Assembly: GCA_030141605.1 (NCBI GenBank)
Contig: JAQGDQ010000065.1
Location: forward strand, 620,001-684,000
From: Tubiluchus corallicola
Lineage: Eukaryota > Animalia > Priapulida
Length of the DNA: 64,000 bases
Reading direction: 5' to 3'
The notes under the pieces were generated by a model. The model ran no database searches and was not told the origin of the DNA. It was given only the letters and a program-made list of their open reading frames with translations. A program made the translations under genes and the position numbers. Numbering within the stretch: position 1 is the first letter of the stretch; every line of letters begins with the position of its first letter. This document shows, piece after piece, positions 57,001 through 64,000 of this stretch.

Positions 57001-58765
57001 CCAGAATCTGGATAGCGTTTCGTCGCAGCAGGTTCAGGTCAGGGACCTTGGTGACAATGTAAGGAATTGAGCGTTGTTTACCAGTCTTTGGATCCTTGGT
57101 CTGGCCCATGAAAGTTCCCAGCACATGGCAGATTTGGCATGACTTGCTGGCAGACTTGTAGTGATGTCTGACGTCATCCAGCTTTGGCTTTCCTAGTTGT
57201 TTCCAGACCGGCACTGAAACGAAATTTCCCGTTGTTGCAGTGTCAAGTTCCATCTTGAACTGTCGGTCTTTGATGGTGATAACGACATCCAAACTAGGAA
57301 AATCTTCAGGAACTTCACCGAGGATCGCCTTGACAAGCTCAGCTTTTGTGACTCTCCTCACGGACTTCCCAGATTTCCGGTCCTGTTGCTGTCATTGCTT
57401 CTTCATGCAAACAGCCTCCAAATGTCCTTTCTTGTCACAGAAATGGCACTTGGCATCTTTGTAGGGACAGTCTGTCACTTTGTGGGCCTTTCCACAATGG
57501 TAGCACTTTGTATCCATGTCTGTGAAATTTGAATGCTGATGGTTACTTCGTTGACACTTGTTCTGGTTCAGCTTGACTTTGTTGACAGGCGTGGTCTTGG
57601 AACCGTAGACAGTTTCCTTGGCAACCTTTGTTGCGTCTTCAGTCTCGATAGCAACTTGGACAACACGGGCAAAAGTCAGATCTTCGTCCTTGATCTTGAA
57701 AATAGCCTTCAAGACAGCTTCGTTGTTGACAGAGCCTATGAATCTCTGCCTCAGAGCTTCATCTTGTGGGTCTTGGATTGAAGAAAAGCCACAGGTAGCA
57801 GCATCTTGGCATATGCGAGCTGGTAACTCCTGAAGAGTTTCACCTGGCTTCCTTTGCATGTCACTCCAGAACTTGAAACATTCTTGCACAATGAAGAGTT
57901 TCGGGTCAAATCGGGTCTATCGACAGTTTGTTGATATCCTTGGATGGAGACTGTTGTGCAGCCAGATTTGGCAGTTGTTTGTAGATGGCGGCAGTCCGAT
58001 TTGTTAGGAAAACTTGAGCCTTATGTTGGTCAGGCATTGCGTTGGCAGCCACGAAGGTACCAAATCTTGACCAGTAGTTAGGCCACAGTTCAGAAGTTGG
58101 ATCAAAAGCAGCAAATGGTGGAATAGCAGCCATAAGTGCCGCTGCAGGTGGAAGATGGGCGCTTGAGCTGGAATTCTCTTTAGGATTTCGAGCCTGAAGC
58201 AGCCTCTTCATAACGTCCATATCTTCTCGGTGCTGCTGTGCCTGCCGTTCCATCTGTTCCCCCTGGATAAGAATCAGTTGAGCCATTTCTTCTTTGTGCT
58301 GCTGCGCATGCTGCGTGAGGAACTTGATAAGTTCGCCCATGTGCTCTGCTATCTTTGCTAGGATAAACAACTGTCTGCTGAGTCACCAAAATTTGTTGTG
58401 TTTCTTTTTCTCGGATAGCTCATAGAGAAAACAAGAAAACGCATTGTCAAGTGGAACTGGTTTATTATGCGAGAATTCCTCAACACAAAGTATGAAGGAA
58501 CGCAAAATGTAAACAGTCAAGTGATAGAAAAATAGCATACGATAATCTGAGAGTCTAAGATTAATCTGAGAATATGAAAATAAACTTGAGCGGCCAGCTC
58601 TGCCTTATATATCAGTGCAAATCGACAACACCAGAACAATCTAGAAACTACTACGCGCATCGCGTATAGAAAGTTCTAGAATGTACATATTCTTCTACAA
58701 GGTAATAAGATTGGTTCTACTACACTATAGAACATTCTACAATATTCTAATGGATGTCCAAAACA
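54069..58765 (-). mobile_element. Gypsy (Mag-like) LTR retrotransposon in an ABHD11 intron, 3' LTR truncated
   Basis: 5' LTR 58394-58765 (TG...CA); PBS TGGTGACTCAGC ending near 58377; gag with two CCHC knuckles, protease LDTAT, RT, RNase H, integrase (GAPYHPAINGAAE); PPT next to a 49-bp 3' LTR remnant at 54069-54117 (3 mismatches). Confidence 0.92.
55355..55490. repeat. 50-bp tandem repeat (about 2.6 copies) within Gypsy pol
   Basis: Unit TCCACAGGCTTGACTTGAAGACTGAGAACTTTGATGGCACACTGTTAGCA at 55355, 55405 and partly at 55455. Confidence 0.9.
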
Positions 58766-58899
58766 GAAATATTTCTAATTACATGGAAAATATGCCCTTG
58801 GATAACAAGTATATGTTTTTGAATTTGAAAAGAGGTGTCTCTTGCATTCAAATATGCATACAACAATTTAGCAATACACTAGGGAATTTCTGTTGACAT

Positions 58900-60842
58900 T
58901 TTGACAGGGAGTTACTTCCCAAAGAAATTAAGGAAAGGAGGCAGTCGGAGTGGTCTGAAAAACAGATCAGCAAGGCGTAGAAAACAACTCCTATTATCAC
59001 TATTCTGTTATTAAACGTTCATTCACTCGGGAATAAAATAGATGAAAGATCAGCTACTTTTGGAATTTCAAATGCAAAACCTTTTACTTTTAACGTTTTA
59101 CTGAAACCTGGTTAGAGGAAGATTCCCCAGTTACATTGTAAACATTGACGGTTATACTCTATTTCATTAAGACAGGACAAAAGATTCTGGCAAAAGCTGT
59201 GGAGGAGGTGTCTGCACCTACATTAACGAAAAATGGGGTACAAATGTATGTGTTTGGGATAAGCTGATACTGTCATGTGCTGCCATCTTTCAGGCCTTCA
59301 GGCCTCGAATGAATTTTAGGCTTTAAATTTGTTAGCCTCTACTTATATCCTCAGGTGATTCAATGTATCTTTATGCAGAAGTCAGTAGGACGGTAGACTG
59401 TTACACCATCTAAATATTTGCTATCAGTTTTCTAAGTTTCTACTTAATTTAGCCAAACGTAATGATTTGGTAAATGCTTGTGACCCGTTTCTGCAGTTTT
59501 TTTGGTGTCTTTATTGCTCATATATAAACAAAAAATTGAAATCAAACAGTGATTTCACCCACAGCGATAAGACATATCTGTCTGGAATGACGCAATCAAA
59601 AAACCCTGCAGGAGTGTTTTGGTTTCACGCAGTGGGATGTGCTGTTACAAACTGAGCCTGACTCTGATAAACAAGTAGAGATTGCTTCAGATTGTACCTT
59701 AAATTTTATCAGAATGCAATAATTAATCGCAAACAAATCAGGGTGTTTCCAAATAGTAGGCCATGAATAAATAGAAATATTAATGATAAGATTAAAGCAA
59801 AACACCAACTAATCAAAAGTGGTAACTGTATAGAGTTGCACATAGGTATTTAGTTTTCTTACTTGTAGGCTTCAGTGCACCAGAGTAAATAATCACTTAT
59901 CAGAGCACTTGTTGTAAATACTGGGGCTCCTCGTGGATGTATTTTGTCACCGGATCTACCTTGTTTGAGCACACTGACTTATAGGTAGCCTCAACCTTTA
60001 CAAAATATGCAAATGACACTGCAATTGCAGGCATGATAACAAGGCGAAGATGAAATAATCTATCCACATGAAATATATGAACTTAAAATTTGGTGCAAAG
60101 AGCATAATTTGCTTCCAAATGCATAAAAAACAAGAGAGCTGATTATTAGCTTTGATCATAAATATACCCCAGAAGGGAGTCACTTTATAATCGACAGCAA
60201 ATGTGTTGAGGTTGTTGACTAGTTTAATTATCTGGCTGTTTGCTTAAGTCACAATTTAAAATTGATAGCAAACTAGTCATTTGTCTGCAAAAATGTATGA
60301 GCAGAATTTATTATCTAAGGAAACTTAAAGAAAGCTGTTATCGTGTACTGCTGCATATTGCGGAACCTTAATCTTCTTAATGATGACATATATCTTTTAA
60401 ACAAAATTACTGGCATTGCTGGTAAGGTCTGTGATACTCCAGTACCTACAATGGAAGATCTTTTTACAGAAGAAATAACAAAAAGTCAAAGTGTATTTAT
60501 AAATGACCCATCCCAGCCTTTTGCATCAAAGTTTGAAAAATTTGAAATCTGATATTATAAAAGCCTCATTTATAAAACTGAGAGATTTCTGAATTCTTTT
60601 ATTTCAAGTGCAATAAGACAATCAATCAACAGTAATCCTACAGGTGTAAATTTAATTTAATTTTATGATGTACCTTATGTACAAAAGCATTTTAGGATTA
60701 TGTTTGCTGAACTTTGTTCATGTGCAGATGTTGTTATTTCGTCTGTTTATAGTAACGTATATTTTAATCTTGAGCCAAGTGAAATTGTGATGAAAGATTA
60801 CTGCAAAGCAGAATAAATTTTATCTTATCTTATGTTATCTTA
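58900..60842 (+). mobile_element. Old L2/Rex-Babar-like LINE remnants
   Basis: ILLLNVHSLGNKIDE, FTETWL, DSGKSCGGGVC and NTGAPRGCILSP motifs; AATAAA then an (ATCTT)n tail. Confidence 0.7.
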
Positions 60843-61019
60843 CTTGCATTATTCTAAAGTGTACTAATATTATTAATTATATAAAAAGATTAGTATCATC
60901 TGTAAAGTAAAGTAATCATTCATGTACAATAGGAAAAGAGTGAAGATACATGAGGGTGAAGCCTCAAGGCACACCACAGTAGGTGTAAGCGATAGCTGAT
61001 TTAGTGTTCAAATAGTTTA

Positions 61020-61850
61020 ATGCCTGTGCACCAAGTTGCTCACCACACACCCCAATCTAGGAAAGAAACAGTCAGAGAGGAGCTCGTAGAAAGGGAAAGA
61101 CTGGAGATTGTCCAAAAATCAGATTCCCCTAAGTCATATCTTACTGCCATTTGGATCATGAAAGACAGTACGATTAGATTTTGCATAGACTTCCGTGCTG
61201 TAAACAAACAGATGTATTTCACGGACTGTCCCAATCCTAAGGTTGGACGAGATCCTTGACAAACTTTACAGATCCGAGTGGCTTATTAGTCATGACATGA
61301 CAACGGTATACTGACACATTCCTCTAGTCAAGGAGTCTACACCAGTACCTGCATTTGTCATTGACTTTGGTAAATGGAATTTTAAAGTACTGTGTCGCTT
61401 GGTCAGGCAATACAGCAGTTCACCCTGTTACTAAAAACCAGAAAAATCCACGTGCATTCTTTCCTAGGAGTGCCAGGTTTTTACTGCAGATCATATCTCA
61501 CTTCAGTCAAACTGCAGCTCCATTAATTGTCTTAACAGAAAAGATCCAAACTACTGTCACCGAATGGTCGCTTGAATGTAAATGCAGCTTCACTATGTTA
61601 CGGGACTGTCTTTCATTTGAAAGTATACTGCACAGTCCAGATTCGTTCACCCCGACCACAGATGCTTCAATCAAAGATCTAGGTGCTGTACTACCCAAAA
61701 GCAGCCATCGGGTGAGCAAGTGCTGATAACATATCTTAGTCGGTTACTCACTTCAGCAGAGAAAAATTATTCTGTTATTAAACTTGAGCCTTTCTGCATT
61801 GTGTTTGCCATAGAATATGCCATATGCCAAGAGTACTAAATATCTAGCGA
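61020..61850 (+). mobile_element. Degraded Gypsy RT/RNase H fragment
   Basis: IRFCIDFRAVNK, FSQTAAPLIVLT, TDAS..LGAVL and AEKNYSV motifs. Confidence 0.75.
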
Positions 61851-63574
61851 CCGAGTTAAGGGAAGCTTTATGCACAATGTTAGGTATCCCATGTAATTCA
61901 CACTTGAGTATGACTGCTTGGGTGTCCAGCATCTTACCATTCAGTTTTAATTGCGAAACAATGGGAAATGTTGTACAGCCATAAGAAATATATGCAAAAC
62001 AATGAGATTATAAGAATTTTGTTTTTCCTAAATGATAATACAATTATAAGAACAATGGGCAAGAATCGTATAATCACAAATTCAACAAAGTTTATAAACA
62101 CAGCTAGTTTTAATGAAACTGACTTTCTGTGTTGTAAGCCTTTTTTGGACACTTATGGTAATTAGTAATTACAGCTTTTCAGTCGATGAAGTAAAACCAA
62201 ACTTGTTCACTAATTAACTAAATGTTGTAGTATTAAGGGAATCGTGTAATAGTATACGAAGCTTTACAAAACTAATTTTCTCCTGTTCAATACTAATCAA
62301 TGATTGTAGTATTGATATAAATATTGTACAATTTAACTAATACATGAAGTCCTGCAATTATGTGAAATGTAACACTCATTTGTAAAATAAATAAAATACA
62401 TATATTATTATTTCTACATATATAAATATAAAATATATAATATAATATAATTAATTTATACATTTATATAAATAAATATAAATGCAAATGGGGCTATAGC
62501 ATCTTTGCTGTCCAAGTAAATCGAAGTGACCGCTCACAGACCCTGAGCCGCAGGCATGTCATACACACATCTTACATTAAACACGATAGGCCTATGATTA
62601 AGCTGATCGTGTGCATTATATTCGAGACAATGCCAGTTGATGTCACAGCGCTTGCATGGACTGCACCATAAGAGGCAGCACGCAGTTAGGTGTCGTTGCT
62701 GAGATTTACTTGTTAAGTTATTTGTTGCCAATTTATTAACTTTTTAGTACTGAGTCATTAATTTAAAGTGCATTGCTTTTCTCGTAAATGTCATAAAAGG
62801 TAGTCTCATTTTACTTTTCAAAAGTGATTAAATCTGTGTATGACTGGTCGTTTATTTGTGGGTTTAATAATTATTTCTTTAAAATTTATACTGTTCATTT
62901 TTTGTGCATTATTGCAGATATATTGTCATCTACATTATTACTACAGAGAAACACCTATTACTCCAAGCAAAATGAAATACTCATCCTAGTGGTATATGTA
63001 AATTTGGTCCCGGTATGTAAGCCAGCCCTGTTGTTAAACAGCTGCTAGTAAAGGGAGTCTATACAACACCATTTAGTATATATGCACTAACTCTTGGAAG
63101 CAAATGAAAACACAAAAATTAGATTTTATGAATATATGGCACATATCAGGGCACCACGGATAGGCAGAATCATCCCTACATGCAGATGACTTCAGTGCCT
63201 GAGTGGTAGTTGATCACAAGTATGGAGAGGGTTCTCGGCAGGTACAGCATCGGTACTTCTGGTTAAGGCTATCTTTCTGTGCTGAGAAAGAACTGGTATT
63301 AACAATCACAGTCTCTTAAATGAATAAATATAGGAACACGGTTCATAATCCAAGATCAGGACGCAAACAGAAAGATTTGAAAGATGTTCAAGTAACTCAC
63401 ATAATGCGCTGAGATTACTTCAGATAAGCCAGCCATTGATATGGCTTCACTATGACACATAATTATAATTTGCAGTGGTTAGAAAAACAGTCAAAACCTG
63501 TGTGAAGCTCAGCTACAATTTTGCTGACCTAAATGAAGATGCTTACAAATAGAATAAAACGCAATTCCACACAC

Positions 63575-63745
63575 CTTAACAATATCTTTGAGCTGTTCAT
63601 TTGCTTGTGCAACAGCTTGAGCAAGGCTATTTGCCTGAGAAAAATCAACGTTTAACATTCCTGTGACGTATGATGAAAAATATGACTTAGAGTTCATTTT
63701 TTTAGGAGCAACATCTAATAATGCTATTCTCTCCACAGTCAAAGG
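63575..63745 (-). CDS. ABHD11: ABHD11-like hydrolase, internal coding exon (upstream exons lie beyond the window)
   Basis: Acceptor TTTTTTCAG, donor AAG|GTGTGT; 171 nt, phase 0-0; PLTVERIALLDVAP...FSSYVTGM...ANEQLKDIVK resembles the ABHD11 segment following the GHSMGG nucleophile motif. Confidence 0.88.
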
Positions 63746-64000
63746 CTGAAAAAACATAAAAGAAATTAACAGTCATAAAAAGCAATCTTGAATTATCTCA
63801 ACATAAACATTATTAATTATAGTTACTGAATTATCAGGAGAATAAAAAAGAAAGAGAAAATTGTTAATACTGGGCAAAAGTACAGATAGAAAACAAACAA
63901 TATTGTTATTAATAATTAATAAAGTAAAAATTAAACATGGTGATTACTATCATAATTGAACAAACATGCATGCATAAATAATACTGTAATATGATAATAA

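Noticed and set aside
63140-63295. Possible intronic snoRNA in ABHD11
   Set aside because: A CTGA box D candidate exists but there is no convincing box C, terminal stem or H/ACA architecture

Overview
AT-rich, intron-containing genomic DNA from a metazoan (most likely an invertebrate), not a prokaryote. Most of the window is decayed transposable elements: CR1/L2/RTE/I-like LINE pieces, two near-complete Gypsy (Mag-like) LTR retrotransposons, Gypsy/BEL fragments, hAT and Tc1/pogo-type MITEs, a CAC-rich dispersed repeat and microsatellites. Two host genes are supported. (1) The last three coding exons of an ABHD11-like alpha/beta hydrolase on the minus strand (63575-63745, 52827-53011, 49269-49416), which splice in frame. 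(2) The coding exon of a candidate secreted neuropeptide precursor at 18081-18483 (+), with a signal peptide, a C-X3-C-X11-C-X2-C core and a C-terminal RVPMRW-GKR amidation/cleavage site. A third notable item is a 476-bp solo-LTR-like insertion (TGTTAT...ATAACA, 4-bp TSD) that carries a degenerate hammerhead-ribozyme motif and splits a CR1 LINE. All family assignments come from motif recognition by eye; no searches were run.
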